A stretch of 64,000 nucleotides of DNA from Candidatus Fervidifonticultor sextus (GCA_031459875.1 JAVKHQ010000003.1:32001-96000); one strand, 5' to 3'. Positions 35,168 through 45,880 are shown, counted from the first letter of the stretch. Numbers and translations: made by a program. Notes: generated by a model from the letters alone, not told the origin.

Positions 35168-36760
35168 ATGCGGCAGCACGTGGTGTGGCGCGGGGTGGTC
35201 GCCGGGGCGGTCGCCGGCGTCGCCCTGGTTCTGGCCCTGACCGCCGGCGCGCTGCCGGCCGGGATGGTCCTGGCCGCCTCGGTGGCCGAACGGGCCCGGG
35301 CGCTGCTGCCATTGCAGGTGCTCGGGTACCTCATCGTCCGCCTGAAGTTCGCGGCGAAGCCGTTCGGGTTCTGGACCAGCATGGCCGGGGTCGTCCTCGT
35401 CTGCGCCATCGCGGGAGGGGTGCTGGCCTCGTGGCGGCCTCGGCGCCACCTAGTCGCCGGCCTCGCCATGGCGGTGGTCGTGGGCGGGGTGCTGGCCGCC
35501 GTCGCCGGCCGGCCGGCGCTGGTCTATCTCTCGGCGAGCCTGGGGGCGGAGGGGGTCGCCGACGCCGACGCCGCGGCCTTCAGGATCATGCTGGCCTCCA
35601 CCGCGGCCGCGGCCGCCGTCGCCGGCGCGGTCTTCGCCCTGGTCCTGTTCCTGCTGGGGCGCCGTACCAACCATCCCGCATCACACCCCCGGGCAGACCC
35701 TTCCGGCGCGTCGTCCCCCGGGTCGGCGAGGATGCACCGCCGCGAGATCCTGGCCCGCGCCGTGCTGGTGACGGCTACCGCCGCGGGTGCGGGCGCGCTC
35801 CTCCACTGGGTGGAAACGAAAGCTGCGCAGGCTGCCGCCGCCATGCGGTCGGCTTTCGACCGGGTCCGAGGGCTGCCGCCTGAAGTCACACCCAACGACA
35901 AGTTCTACGTGGTGAGCAAGAACCCGTTCGGCCTGGACCCCAGGCTGGACGCCAGGAAGTGGACCCTGGAGATCGCCGGCCTGGTCGGGAAGCCCGTCAG
36001 GCTCACCTACGACCAGATCCGCGCCCTGCCGCCGGTTGCCCGCTACCATACCCTGGAGTGCATCAGCAACGAGGTAGGGGGCGACCTGATCGGCAACGCC
36101 ATGTGGAAGGGCGTCCGCTTCCGCGACGTGATCCAGCTCGCCGGCGGCGTGAGTCCCAAGGCGGTGCGGTTTGCCCTGCGGTGCGCGGACGGCTACTCGG
36201 AAGGCATCCCGGTGGCCGACGCCATGCAGCCCGATGTGATGCTGGCCTACGAGATGAACGGGGAGCCCCTGCCGCCGGCCCACGGGTTTCCGGTGCGCCT
36301 GCTGATCCCCGGGCTCTTCGGGATGAAGAACCCCAAGTGGCTGACGAAGATCGAGGCGGTCTCGACCCACTTCACCGGGTACTGGCAGGCGTCGGGCTGG
36401 AGTGACGAGGCCGTGGTGAAGACCACCTCGCAGTTCCGCGTCCCGACCGACCGCAGCCAGGTGGCCCTCGGTGAGGTCGGCCTCGGCGGGATCGCCTACA
36501 GCGGTGACCGCGGGATTCAGGAGGTCGAGTTCAGCACGGATGGAGGCAAGACCTGGTCCCGGGCCGAGGTGAAGAAGGCCCTGGGCCCCTATACGTGGGT
36601 GCTCTGGGCCGCGGTGTGGACGCCTTCCGGCCCCGGAGAGTACACGCTGAAGGTCAGAGCGAAGGACGGCACGGGCGTGATCCAGAGTTCGCAGGAGACG
36701 CCCACGCTGCCGGATGGGGCCAGCGGCTACCACACGATCCGCATCCGGGTGCGGAAGTAA
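35168..36760 (+). CDS. Membrane-anchored sulfite-oxidase-family molybdopterin oxidoreductase
   Basis: About 4 N-terminal TM segments, internal twin-Arg HRREIL helix, TLECISN..GGDLIGNA-W-G, HGFPVR, C-terminal Ig-like domain. Confidence 0.9.
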   Translation: MRQHVVWRGVVAGAVAGVALVLALTAGALPAGMVLAASVAERARALLPLQVLGYLIVRLKFAAKPFGFWTSMAGVVLVCAIAGGVLASWRPRRHLVAGLAMAVVVGGVLAAVAGRPALVYLSASLGAEGVADADAAAFRIMLASTAAAAAVAGAVFALVLFLLGRRTNHPASHPRADPSGASSPGSARMHRREILARAVLVTATAAGAGALLHWVETKAAQAAAAMRSAFDRVRGLPPEVTPNDKFYVVSKNPFGLDPRLDARKWTLEIAGLVGKPVRLTYDQIRALPPVARYHTLECISNEVGGDLIGNAMWKGVRFRDVIQLAGGVSPKAVRFALRCADGYSEGIPVADAMQPDVMLAYEMNGEPLPPAHGFPVRLLIPGLFGMKNPKWLTKIEAVSTHFTGYWQASGWSDEAVVKTTSQFRVPTDRSQVALGEVGLGGIAYSGDRGIQEVEFSTDGGKTWSRAEVKKALGPYTWVLWAAVWTPSGPGEYTLKVRAKDGTGVIQSSQETPTLPDGASGYHTIRIRVRK

Positions 36761-36888
36761 GGCTCGGGCAGGAGCCCTTCCGCACCGTCGCGAACCTTCA
36801 CCCCACATCACACCCATGGGACCGCTCACCGCGCGGCGTCTGCTCCCGCGTTCCCTGCCAGGGTGTGGGACCCCCCAGGGAGGTTTGG

Positions 36889-38286
36889 GTGCCGAGCCCG
36901 TATGACCTCGTGATCATCGGCGGTGGACCGGCCGGCTACGTCGGCGCGATCCGGGCCTCCCAGCTGGGCCTGCGCACCGCGGTGGTGGAGCGCGACAAAC
37001 TCGGCGGAATCTGCCTGCACTGGGGCTGTGTGCCGACCAAGGCCCTCCTGCAGGCGGCCGAAGTCCTGGAGCACGTCCGTGCAGCGGGAGAGTTCGGCAT
37101 CCAGGTGGGGCCCCCGCGCGTCGACTTCCACCGGATGCAGGAACGCAAGGCCCAGGTCGTCGATCGGATCCACAAAGGCGTGCAGTACCTGATGCGCAAG
37201 CACCAGGTCGACGTCTTCGCCGGCACCGGCCGGCTGCTGGGCGCCGGCCGCATCCATGTGGCGCTGAACGACGGCTCCGACACCGAACTGGCGGCAACGC
37301 ACATCCTGGTCGCCACCGGGTCCGCCCCCCGCAGCATCCCCGGGGTGGTCATCGACAACGACCGCATCCTGGATTCCACCGGCCTGTTGTCGCTGCAGGA
37401 GGTCCCCAGGTCCCTGGCCATCCTCGGCGCCGGAGCCGTCGGCGTCGAGTTCGCCAGCCTGTTTGGGGCCCTGGGGACGGAGGTGACCCTGATCGAGTTG
37501 CTGCCGACCGTGCTGCCACTCGAGGACCAGGAGATCGGGAAGACGCTGGAGCGGCTCTTCGTCAGAAGGGGGATGAAGGTCCACACGGGCACGACGGCGA
37601 CGGCGGTCGCCCCGAAGGGGGAGGGGGTCGCCGTCACCCTCGACCGCGCCGGGGAGCAGCAGACCGTCGAGGTGGACTACCTGCTGGTCGCCGTGGGGCG
37701 AGGGCCCGTGACGGAGGGGCTGGGCCTGGAGGCCGCCGGCGTGCAGGTCGAGCGCGGCGCGATCACCGTTGACGCCCACCTGCGGACCTCGGCCCCGGGC
37801 ATCTACGCCGTCGGCGATGTGATCGGCCGGCCGTACCGGCTGGCGCACGTGGCCTCGGACGAGGCCGTCCACGCCGTCGAGACCATCGCCGGGTTGGAGG
37901 CCGCCCCCGTGGACTACACCAAGGTCCCGCGGCCGACCTTCTCGATCCCTCAGGTGGCCACCATGGGGCTCTCCGAGCAGGAGGCCCAGGAGCGGGGGAT
38001 CGAGGTGCGGGTCGGGCGCTTTCCCTTTTCGGCCAACAGCAAGGCGACCATCGAGGGTGAGCGCGACGGCTTCGTGAAGGTGGTCAGCGAGGCGCGGACG
38101 GGCGAGGTCCTGGGGATCCACATGATCGGGCCGACGGTCACGGAACTGCTGGCCGAGGGCGTGGCCACGCGCTACCTGGAGGGAACCGTGGTAGAGTTGG
38201 GTGGGGCGGTGCACGCCCATCCGACCCTGTCGGAGGCCGTCAAGGAGGCGGCCCTGGACGCGCTGGGCAGAGTCCTGCATCTCTGA
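36889..38286 (+). CDS. lpdA: Dihydrolipoamide dehydrogenase (E3)
   Basis: GGGPAGY, GGICLHWGCVPTK, HAHPTLSE. Confidence 0.96.
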   Translation: MPSPYDLVIIGGGPAGYVGAIRASQLGLRTAVVERDKLGGICLHWGCVPTKALLQAAEVLEHVRAAGEFGIQVGPPRVDFHRMQERKAQVVDRIHKGVQYLMRKHQVDVFAGTGRLLGAGRIHVALNDGSDTELAATHILVATGSAPRSIPGVVIDNDRILDSTGLLSLQEVPRSLAILGAGAVGVEFASLFGALGTEVTLIELLPTVLPLEDQEIGKTLERLFVRRGMKVHTGTTATAVAPKGEGVAVTLDRAGEQQTVEVDYLLVAVGRGPVTEGLGLEAAGVQVERGAITVDAHLRTSAPGIYAVGDVIGRPYRLAHVASDEAVHAVETIAGLEAAPVDYTKVPRPTFSIPQVATMGLSEQEAQERGIEVRVGRFPFSANSKATIEGERDGFVKVVSEARTGEVLGIHMIGPTVTELLAEGVATRYLEGTVVELGGAVHAHPTLSEAVKEAALDALGRVLHL

Positions 38287-38331
38287 CGCCAGCACACCGC
38301 GCGGCCGGGATCCTGGAGGGGGCGAGGATCG

Positions 38332-39366
38332 ATGGCGACCACCGAACCGCAGGCCCAGGTGACGGAGGCCAGGCACCAGGCATTGGGCCTGGGGCCCGAC
38401 GATCTGCTGGAGATGTACTACTTCATGGCCCTGGCCCGGGCCATCGACGAACGGATGTGGGTGCTGCAGCGCGCCGGCATCGTCCCGTTTGTGATCTCCG
38501 GCCAGGGACACGAAGGCGCGCAGGTCGGGGTCATGTGGGCCACCGACCGCGCGCGCGACTGGCTGGTCCCGTTCTACCGGTCCCTGGCCGCGTGTCTGGT
38601 GAAGGGGATGACGCCCCGCGAGTTGATGCTCGGCCTCTTTGCCCGGGCGGACGATCCCAGCAGCGGCGGCCGCCAGATGCCGGCGCACTGGGGGCACCCG
38701 GCGCGCAAGATCCTCTCCACCAGCAGCCCGGTCGGTACGCAGTACCTCCACGCCGTCGGGGTCGCCTTCGCGGCCAAGGCCCGGGGCACGGGCGAGGTGT
38801 GCGTGACCTCCATCGGCGAGGGCGGCACCAGCCAGGGGGACTGGCACGAGGCGATGAACTTCGCCGGCATCCACCGGTTGCCGGTGGTCTTCATGGTCGA
38901 GAACAACCGCTACGCCATCTCGGTCCCCCAGCGCCTCCAGATGGCCGTCCGCGATGTGGCCGTGCGTGCCGCCGGCTATGGCTTCCCCGGCGTCATCGTG
39001 GACGGCTCGGACGTCCTGGCCTGCCATGCGGCCGGCCGGGAGGCCGTGGCACGGGCCCGCGCCGGCGAAGGGCCGACGCTGATCGAGTGCAAGGTGGAGC
39101 GCCTCACGTCCCACTCATCTGACGACAGCCAGGAGAAGTACCGGCCTACCGCCGACCTGGAGGCCGCGCGCAGCAAGGACCCCCTGGTGGTGTTCAAGCA
39201 CTATCTGGAGCAGGTGGGCGTGATGGACGAGGCGCGCTACACCGCAATCCACAGCCGCATCAAAGCTGAGGTCAACGACGCCACGGACTACGCCGAGGCC
39301 CGGCCGATGCCGGACCCGGCGACGGTTGGCCGGCACGTGTACCACGAGGGGGACGGCCGTGCCTGA
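38332..39366 (+). CDS. Branched-chain 2-oxoacid dehydrogenase E1 alpha
   Basis: GQGHEGAQ, SGGRQMPAH, GEGGTSQGDWHEAMN, HSSDD. Confidence 0.88.
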   Translation: MATTEPQAQVTEARHQALGLGPDDLLEMYYFMALARAIDERMWVLQRAGIVPFVISGQGHEGAQVGVMWATDRARDWLVPFYRSLAACLVKGMTPRELMLGLFARADDPSSGGRQMPAHWGHPARKILSTSSPVGTQYLHAVGVAFAAKARGTGEVCVTSIGEGGTSQGDWHEAMNFAGIHRLPVVFMVENNRYAISVPQRLQMAVRDVAVRAAGYGFPGVIVDGSDVLACHAAGREAVARARAGEGPTLIECKVERLTSHSSDDSQEKYRPTADLEAARSKDPLVVFKHYLEQVGVMDEARYTAIHSRIKAEVNDATDYAEARPMPDPATVGRHVYHEGDGRA

Positions 39367-40348
39367 GATGCGCCTGCTGGACGCCATCCGTCAGGCCATG
39401 TACGAGGAGATGCGGCGGGACCCGCGCGTGATCGTGCTGGGCGAGGATGTCGGACCCAAGGGCGGGGTCTTCGGGGCCACCGACGGGTTCTACGCGGAGT
39501 TCGGTGAGGGCCGGGTCCTGGATACGCCGCTGGCCGAGTCGTCCATCGTCGGGGTCGCCATCGGGATGGCGGCCAACGGCATGATCCCGATCGCCGAGAT
39601 CCAGTTCTCGGACTTCATCCACCCCGCGTTCAACCAGATCGTCAGCGAGGCGGCGCGGATGCGCTACCGCAGCAACGGCGGCTTCGGCTGCCCGATGGTG
39701 ATCCGGGCCCCCTACGGCGGCGGGGTGGAGGTGCACGGCGGACTCTACCACTCCCAGAGCGTCGAGGCCTTCTTCGCCCACGTGCCCGGCCTCAAGGTGG
39801 TCACGCCCTACACCCCCTACGACGCCAAAGGCCTCCTCAAGGCCGCGATCCGCGATCCCGACCCGGTCCTGTTCCTGGAGCACAAGCGGCTGTACCGGGC
39901 CATCCGGGGGGAGGTCCCCGAGGACGACTACGTGGTCCCCATCGGCCCCGCGACCGTCCGCCGGCAGGGGACGACGCTGTCGGTCTTCGCCTACGGCCAG
40001 ATGCTGCACGAGGCGCTCAGGGCGTCCGACGAGGCGGCCCGGGACGGCATTGAGGCCGAGGTGGTCGACCTGCGGACGCTGCGGCCGCTGGATGCCGAGA
40101 CGATCCTGGCCTCCGTCCGCAAGACGAACAAGGCCCTGATCGTCTACGAGGACAACCGCTTCATGGGCTTCGGTGCCGAGGTGGCGGCGCTCATCGCCGA
40201 GGAGGCCTTCGAGGCGCTGGACGGTCCGGTCATGCGGGTGGCCGGACCGGACGTGCCGGCGGTCCCCTACGCCGACACCCTGGCCGGGGCGTTCATCCCG
40301 ACGGCGGCGAAGATCGCCGGAGCGATGCGCCAGCTGGCCGCGTACTGA
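39359..40348 (+). CDS. Branched-chain 2-oxoacid dehydrogenase E1 beta
   Basis: GEDVG-KGGVF, DTPLAES, GGLYHSQS. Confidence 0.88.
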   Translation: MPEMRLLDAIRQAMYEEMRRDPRVIVLGEDVGPKGGVFGATDGFYAEFGEGRVLDTPLAESSIVGVAIGMAANGMIPIAEIQFSDFIHPAFNQIVSEAARMRYRSNGGFGCPMVIRAPYGGGVEVHGGLYHSQSVEAFFAHVPGLKVVTPYTPYDAKGLLKAAIRDPDPVLFLEHKRLYRAIRGEVPEDDYVVPIGPATVRRQGTTLSVFAYGQMLHEALRASDEAARDGIEAEVVDLRTLRPLDAETILASVRKTNKALIVYEDNRFMGFGAEVAALIAEEAFEALDGPVMRVAGPDVPAVPYADTLAGAFIPTAAKIAGAMRQLAAY

Positions 40349-40358
40349 GGCGGTCCTG

Positions 40359-41573
40359 ATGCCGGTCGAGATCAGACTTCCCCAACTGGGAGAAAGCATT
40401 CATGAGGGCACCATCGCCCGCTGGCTCAAGAAGCCCGGCGACCGGGTCGAAAAGTACGAGCCGCTGGTGGAGATCAACACCGACAAGGTCAATGTAGAGA
40501 TGCCCTCGCCGTTTGAGGGCGTCCTTGTGGAACTGCTGGCCGCCGAGGGCGACGTGCGGCCGGTCGGGTCGCCGATCGCGCTGATCGAGACATCGGCGGT
40601 GGCCCCGACGCCTGCTGCCGGCACGGCGCCCGCCGCCGGCCCAGCACCCGCTGCCCAGGGCGTGGGGCCGCGGCTGTCGCCGCTGGTGCGGAGGCTGGCC
40701 GAGCAGCACCGGATTCCGCTCTCCGTGCTCGAGACGCTGCCGGGCTCCGGGGCCGGTGGCCGCATCACCAAGGAAGACGTCCTGCAGTACGTGGCCAGAA
40801 GAGCGGGCCCACCCGCCCCGACGGCGGCTCCCGCCGTGCCTCCTGCCGCGCCGGCGGCGCCTCCGGTGCCGGCGGCCGCGGCCGCGCCGGGCGACGAGGT
40901 CGTGCGGCTCTCGCCCATCCGCCGGACCATCGCCCAGCGCATGGCCCAGAGCAAGCGCGAGATCCCCCACGCCTACGGGGTCATCGAGGTGGACATGAGC
41001 GCGGTGGTCGCCTGGCGCGAGGCCCACAAGGAGGCCTGGCGCCGCGACGGGATCGCGCTGACCTACACCGCCTTCTTCGTCCGCGCCGCCTGCGAGGCGC
41101 TCCGGGCGTATCCCATCGTGAACGCGGCGTGGAGCGAGGAGGGCATCGTCCTGCGCAAGGCCGTCAATATCGGGATCGGCATCGCCGTCGACGAGGGGCT
41201 GCTGGTGCCGGTCATCCGCCACGCGGACCAACTGAGCCTGGCCGGAGTGGCCCGGGCGCTCGACGACCTGACCAGCCGCAGCCGGGCCGGCACACTCACC
41301 CTCGAAGACGTCCAGGGCGGGACGTTCACCCTCACCAACCCCGGGGTCTTCGGCTCGATCTGGTCCATGCCCATCATCGTGCCCGGGCAGGCTGCGATCC
41401 TGGCCACCGACGCCATCGTCCGGCGCGCGGTGGTCCGCGACGACGCCATCGCCATCCGGCCGATCATGCACCTGGGGCTTTCCTTCGACCACCGCGTCTT
41501 CGACGGGGCGGTGGCCATGCGCTTCCTCAACCACATGAAGGCCTGGTTCGAGGGGTTCCGCGATGGCGATTGA
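40359..41573 (+). CDS. Branched-chain 2-oxoacid dehydrogenase E2 acyltransferase
   Basis: PQLGES, TDKV lipoyl motif, SPLVRRLA, DHRVFDG. Confidence 0.88.
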   Translation: MPVEIRLPQLGESIHEGTIARWLKKPGDRVEKYEPLVEINTDKVNVEMPSPFEGVLVELLAAEGDVRPVGSPIALIETSAVAPTPAAGTAPAAGPAPAAQGVGPRLSPLVRRLAEQHRIPLSVLETLPGSGAGGRITKEDVLQYVARRAGPPAPTAAPAVPPAAPAAPPVPAAAAAPGDEVVRLSPIRRTIAQRMAQSKREIPHAYGVIEVDMSAVVAWREAHKEAWRRDGIALTYTAFFVRAACEALRAYPIVNAAWSEEGIVLRKAVNIGIGIAVDEGLLVPVIRHADQLSLAGVARALDDLTSRSRAGTLTLEDVQGGTFTLTNPGVFGSIWSMPIIVPGQAAILATDAIVRRAVVRDDAIAIRPIMHLGLSFDHRVFDGAVAMRFLNHMKAWFEGFRDGD

Positions 41574-42465
41574 GATGCGGCGGCCGGAGTGGATCAAGGT
41601 CCGCCTCCCCGGCGGCCCCAACTACGCCGACCTCAAGGGCATCATGCGCACCCAGCAGATGCACACCGTCTGCGAGGAGGCGCGCTGCCCGAACATCGGT
41701 GAGTGCTGGGAGCGCCGGACCGCCACGTTCCTGATCCTGGGCAACGTGTGCACCCGGCACTGCCGGTACTGCGCCATCGCCCACGGCCTGCCCACGGAGG
41801 TGGATCTGGCCGAGCCCGCCCGCCTGGCGGACGCGGTGGTGGCCATGGGGCTGCGCCACGCGGTCATCACGTCGGTCAACCGCGACGACCTGGCCGACGG
41901 CGGGGCTGGCATCTACGCCGAGACGATCCGCCAGATCCACCGCCGACTGCCCTCGTGCACCGTGGAGGTGCTGATCCCCGACTTCAAGGGCGACCCTGAC
42001 GCGCTGCGCACCGTCCTGGAGGCCAACCCCGAGATCCTGGCCCACAACATCGAGGCGCCGCGGCGGATCTTCAGGGTCGTGCGCCACGGCGGACACTACG
42101 ACCGGTCCATCGAGGTGCTCCGCCGCGCCAAGGAGTGGGGGTACACCTCGTTCACCAAGAGCGGGGTCATCGTGGGGATGGGGGAGACCACCGACGAACT
42201 GCTGGAGACGATGGACGACCTGCGGGCCGCAGACGTGGACGTCCTGACCCTGGGGCAGTACCTGCGCCCGGGCCCCGACTACCACCCGATCGCGCGGTAC
42301 TACACCCCCGACGAGTTCGCCTGGCTGCGCCAGGAGGGCCTGCGCCGCGGCTTCAAGTACGTCGAGGCCGGCCCGCTGGTGCGCTCGTCGTACCGGGCCG
42401 ACGTCCAGGCGCAGGCGGTGCGGGCCCACCGCGCGCGGTTCGGACGGACGGCCGCGCCGGCCTAG
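41563..42465 (+). CDS. lipA: Lipoyl synthase
   Basis: CEEARCPNIGEC, CTRHCRYC, GQYLRP, VRSSY. Confidence 0.97.
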   Translation: MAIEMRRPEWIKVRLPGGPNYADLKGIMRTQQMHTVCEEARCPNIGECWERRTATFLILGNVCTRHCRYCAIAHGLPTEVDLAEPARLADAVVAMGLRHAVITSVNRDDLADGGAGIYAETIRQIHRRLPSCTVEVLIPDFKGDPDALRTVLEANPEILAHNIEAPRRIFRVVRHGGHYDRSIEVLRRAKEWGYTSFTKSGVIVGMGETTDELLETMDDLRAADVDVLTLGQYLRPGPDYHPIARYYTPDEFAWLRQEGLRRGFKYVEAGPLVRSSYRADVQAQAVRAHRARFGRTAAPA

Positions 42466-43487
42466 GTCGGCCGGGGGACGGCCGCGCGCCCTTCCCTGCC
42501 CTTCTTTTCCATGATGGTCGAGGAGTGGCCCGGGAAGAGTGAGGCGTCGGGGCGGATGTACCTGGCCGCGTTGTTGACCGCGGTGGCGGCCTCGCCGAAC
42601 CCGGTGGCGATGAGCTTGAGCTTGCCGGGATAGGTGACCACATCGCCAGCCGCATAGACGCCCGGGAGGTTCGTGGCCATGGTCGTGTCGACGACAATGG
42701 CGTCCTCGTGGAGGACCAGGCCCCACTGGGCGATGGCGCCCAGGTGGCTGACCAGCCCCAGGAAGGCCAGGACCGCGTCCACCGCCACCACCTCTTCCTC
42801 GCGCGTCCGGGTGTTGACGATCACCGCCTCGCTGACGGCGGGCTCGCCCCGGAGGCTCTTGAGTTCGCAGAAGAGTTTCACGGTGACGGGGGAGGCCAGC
42901 AGTTTCTTCACGCTGTCCTCGTGCGCCCGGAACCCGTCCCGCCGGTGGACGAGGGTGATGTGGCGGGCGATCGGCGCCAGGTTGAGGGCCCAGTCCACCG
43001 CGGAATCCCCGCCGCCGACCACCAGCAGCGTCTTGTCCCGGAAGTCCTCCCTGCGCGAGACCGCATAGAACAACCCCCGGCCCTCGTAGCGGTCGATCTC
43101 GGGCCGCTGGTAGGTCTTGGGGGTGAAGGCGCCGATCCCGGCCGTGATCAGCACGGCCCGGGTGTGGTGTTCGCCGCTGGTGCCCACCAGCCTGATGGTG
43201 CGGTCGGCCAGGTGCTCGAACGAACGGATCTCCTCGCTGAGCACGACGGCGGGCTCGTACTGCATCGCCTGCTCCACCAGGTTGGCCACCAGGTCCTTGC
43301 CCAGGATCCTGGGGAATCCGGCCACATCGTAGATGTACTTGTCGGGGTACAGGGCCGTGATCTGGCCCCCCAGGTCGGGCTGGCTGTCCACGATCTTGAC
43401 CGACAGGCCCCGGAAGCCCGCGTAGTACGCGGCAAACAGTCCCGTCGGACCGCCACCGATGATGGTCACGTCGTAGGTGTGCTGCAC
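42462..43487 (-). CDS. Ferredoxin-NADP(+) reductase, TrxB-like (YumC family)
   Basis: GGQITALYPDKYIYDVAG, GGGDSAVDW, KLKLIATGFGE, PGHSS; no CxxC. Confidence 0.92.
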   Translation of the reverse strand: MQHTYDVTIIGGGPTGLFAAYYAGFRGLSVKIVDSQPDLGGQITALYPDKYIYDVAGFPRILGKDLVANLVEQAMQYEPAVVLSEEIRSFEHLADRTIRLVGTSGEHHTRAVLITAGIGAFTPKTYQRPEIDRYEGRGLFYAVSRREDFRDKTLLVVGGGDSAVDWALNLAPIARHITLVHRRDGFRAHEDSVKKLLASPVTVKLFCELKSLRGEPAVSEAVIVNTRTREEEVVAVDAVLAFLGLVSHLGAIAQWGLVLHEDAIVVDTTMATNLPGVYAAGDVVTYPGKLKLIATGFGEAATAVNNAARYIRPDASLFPGHSSTIMEKKGREGRAAVPRPT

Positions 43488-43641
43488 TCGACCTCTCCAG
43501 TCCGTAAAGTCACCTCGGGCGCCAGCGCATACCATCCACTAGCATACCGTACTCCCTCTGTTTATTGACACGGCTGGCACCCCGTGGCATTGTGGAATAC
43601 GGTCGCCGCACGCGGCCTCTTGTCCTCACAGGGGGATGTTC

Positions 43642-44823
43642 ATGGCGGTTGGGACACGGCGCGCCATCGCGCCGTTGCTGTCGAAAGAGCAACTTGCACG
43701 CTACTCCCGGCAGGTCATCCTGGAAGACGTCGGCGTCGCCGGCCAGCGTCGGCTGCTGGAGAGCAAGGTGCTGGTGGTCGGGGCCGGCGGACTGGGCTCA
43801 CCGTCCTCCCTCTACCTGGCGGCGGCCGGAGTCGGCACCCTGGGCATCGTGGACGGTGATCGGGTGGACCTCTCCAACCTGCACCGCCAGATCATCCACT
43901 TCACCCACGACATCGGCCGGCCCAAGACGCAGTCGGCACAGCGCACGCTGCAGGACATCAATCCCGACGTCACGGTGGTGCCCTACCAGACCACCCTGAC
44001 CTCCGAGAACGCGCTGGAGATCATCGGGCCGTACGACGTCGTGGTCAACGGGTCCGACAACTTCCCCACCCGCTACCTCGTCAATGACGCCTGCGTGCTG
44101 CTGCAAAAGCCGCTGGTGGACGCCAGCATCCTCAAGTGGGAAGGGCAGGCCACCGTGTTCCTGCCCGGCCGCGGTTGCTACCGGTGCCTGTTCCCCACCC
44201 CGCCGCCGCCCGGTACCGTCCCCTCGTGCGCGGAAGGGGGCATCATCGGCGCGGTGGCCGGCTACATGGGGTCGCTCCAGGCCATCGAGACGGTGAAGAT
44301 CCTGCTCGGCGTCGGGGAGACGCTGGCGAACCGGCTGTTGCTCTACGATGCGGCCTCCGGCGAGGTCCGCACGCTGCGGTGGCAGCGGAACCCCGACTGC
44401 CCGGCCTGCGGCGACCATCCGACGATCACCGCCCTGGTTGACTACGAGGCCTTCTGCGGTCTGCCCGGCCGCACCCATGCGCCGGCGCCTGAGGAGGGCG
44501 CGATCCCTGAGGTGGATGCCGAAGAGGCCCGGCAGATGGTCGAAGCCGGGGCCCAGCTCATTGACGTGCGCGAGCCCTGGGAGTGGGCGCTCGCGCACAT
44601 TCCCGGCGCGACCCTGATCCCCATGGGCGAGGTGACGGCGCGGCTCTCGGAGATCGACCCGAACCGGCCCGCGGTCGTGCACTGCGCCGTGGGCGCCCGC
44701 AGCGCCAAAGTGGTGGAAGCCCTCCGCCAGGCCGGGTACACCAAGGCCGTCAACCTGGCCGGCGGCATCGTGGAGTGGACGAACCGCCAGTTCCCCACGG
44801 AGAGTGGCGACGGTCGAGGGTAG
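43642..44823 (+). CDS. moeB: MoeB/MoeZ adenylyltransferase with C-terminal rhodanese
   Basis: RYSRQ, GAGGLG, SNLHRQ, CYRC, CPAC, rhodanese HCAVGARS. Confidence 0.93.
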   Translation: MAVGTRRAIAPLLSKEQLARYSRQVILEDVGVAGQRRLLESKVLVVGAGGLGSPSSLYLAAAGVGTLGIVDGDRVDLSNLHRQIIHFTHDIGRPKTQSAQRTLQDINPDVTVVPYQTTLTSENALEIIGPYDVVVNGSDNFPTRYLVNDACVLLQKPLVDASILKWEGQATVFLPGRGCYRCLFPTPPPPGTVPSCAEGGIIGAVAGYMGSLQAIETVKILLGVGETLANRLLLYDAASGEVRTLRWQRNPDCPACGDHPTITALVDYEAFCGLPGRTHAPAPEEGAIPEVDAEEARQMVEAGAQLIDVREPWEWALAHIPGATLIPMGEVTARLSEIDPNRPAVVHCAVGARSAKVVEALRQAGYTKAVNLAGGIVEWTNRQFPTESGDGRG

Positions 44824-44845
44824 GACGACGGTAGCCACCGGCGTC

Positions 44846-45880
44846 ATGCGGCAGGCCGTGCTGCGCGGGCCGCGGGCGCTGGAGCTCGTGGAGACACCGA
44901 TCCCGCAGCCGCGGCCGGGGGAGGTGGTGGTCCGCATCCGCGCCGCCCTCACCTGCGGTACGGACCTGAAGACCTACCGGCGCGGCCATCCCCGGATTGC
45001 CTTCGGTCCGTTCGGCCACGAGGCGTCGGGGGACGTCGCCAGCCTCGGCGACGGCGTGGACGGTCTGTCGGTGGGTCAGCCGGTGGCGTTCGTCCCCACG
45101 GCCGGCTGCGGTCAGTGCGGGGACTGCCGGCGCGGCCGCAGCAACCTCTGTCAGAGCCTCTTCGACGACATCGCCCTGGGAGCCTACGGCGACTTCCTCC
45201 GCCTGCCGTCCCGCGTCGTCCGCCAGCACCTCTTCCCCAAGCCGGCGCACCTCTCGTACCTGGAAGCCGCATTCCTGGAGCCGCTGGCCTGTGTCGTCCA
45301 CGGCTGGTCCAGGCTCGGGCCCATGGAGCGGGGCCTGGTGGCGGTGGTGGGGCTGGGCCCGATTGGCCTGCTGCACGTCTACGAGGCCCGGCGCCGCGGC
45401 CTGCAGGTCATCGCGGTCGGGCGTCGCCCCGGCGGCCTGGCCCTGGCGCGACGGGCAGGTGCCCACCAGGTGGTCGACGCCACCGAGGGCGACATGGCGC
45501 GGATGCTCCATGCGCTCGGCGGCCAGGAGCCGGACGTGGTGATCGAGTGCACCGGGACCGCAGACGTCTGGCGGTCGGCCCCCCACTGGGTGGCGCCCGG
45601 CGGCCGCGTCCTCCTGTTCGGCGGTCTGGCCGCGGGCACCGAACCGGCCTTCGACGCGACGCGCTTGCACTACAGCGAAGTGGACCTGATCAGCGCCTTC
45701 CACTACCGGACGCCCGATGTGCACGAAGCGCTCCACCTGCTGGACAGCGGTGCGATCAGGCCCGCCGACCTCATCACCGGGCTGCGGTCGCTGGACGGTA
45801 TCCGCGAGGTCTTCAGCGACCTCGACCGGGGAACCGGCCTGAAGTACGCGGTCCTGCCGGACGGCGAGGCATGGCGGTAG
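44846..45880 (+). CDS. Zn-dependent alcohol/polyol dehydrogenase
   Basis: CGTD, GHE, structural Zn CGQCGDC...C, EPLAC, GLGPIG. Confidence 0.88.
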   Translation: MRQAVLRGPRALELVETPIPQPRPGEVVVRIRAALTCGTDLKTYRRGHPRIAFGPFGHEASGDVASLGDGVDGLSVGQPVAFVPTAGCGQCGDCRRGRSNLCQSLFDDIALGAYGDFLRLPSRVVRQHLFPKPAHLSYLEAAFLEPLACVVHGWSRLGPMERGLVAVVGLGPIGLLHVYEARRRGLQVIAVGRRPGGLALARRAGAHQVVDATEGDMARMLHALGGQEPDVVIECTGTADVWRSAPHWVAPGGRVLLFGGLAAGTEPAFDATRLHYSEVDLISAFHYRTPDVHEALHLLDSGAIRPADLITGLRSLDGIREVFSDLDRGTGLKYAVLPDGEAWR

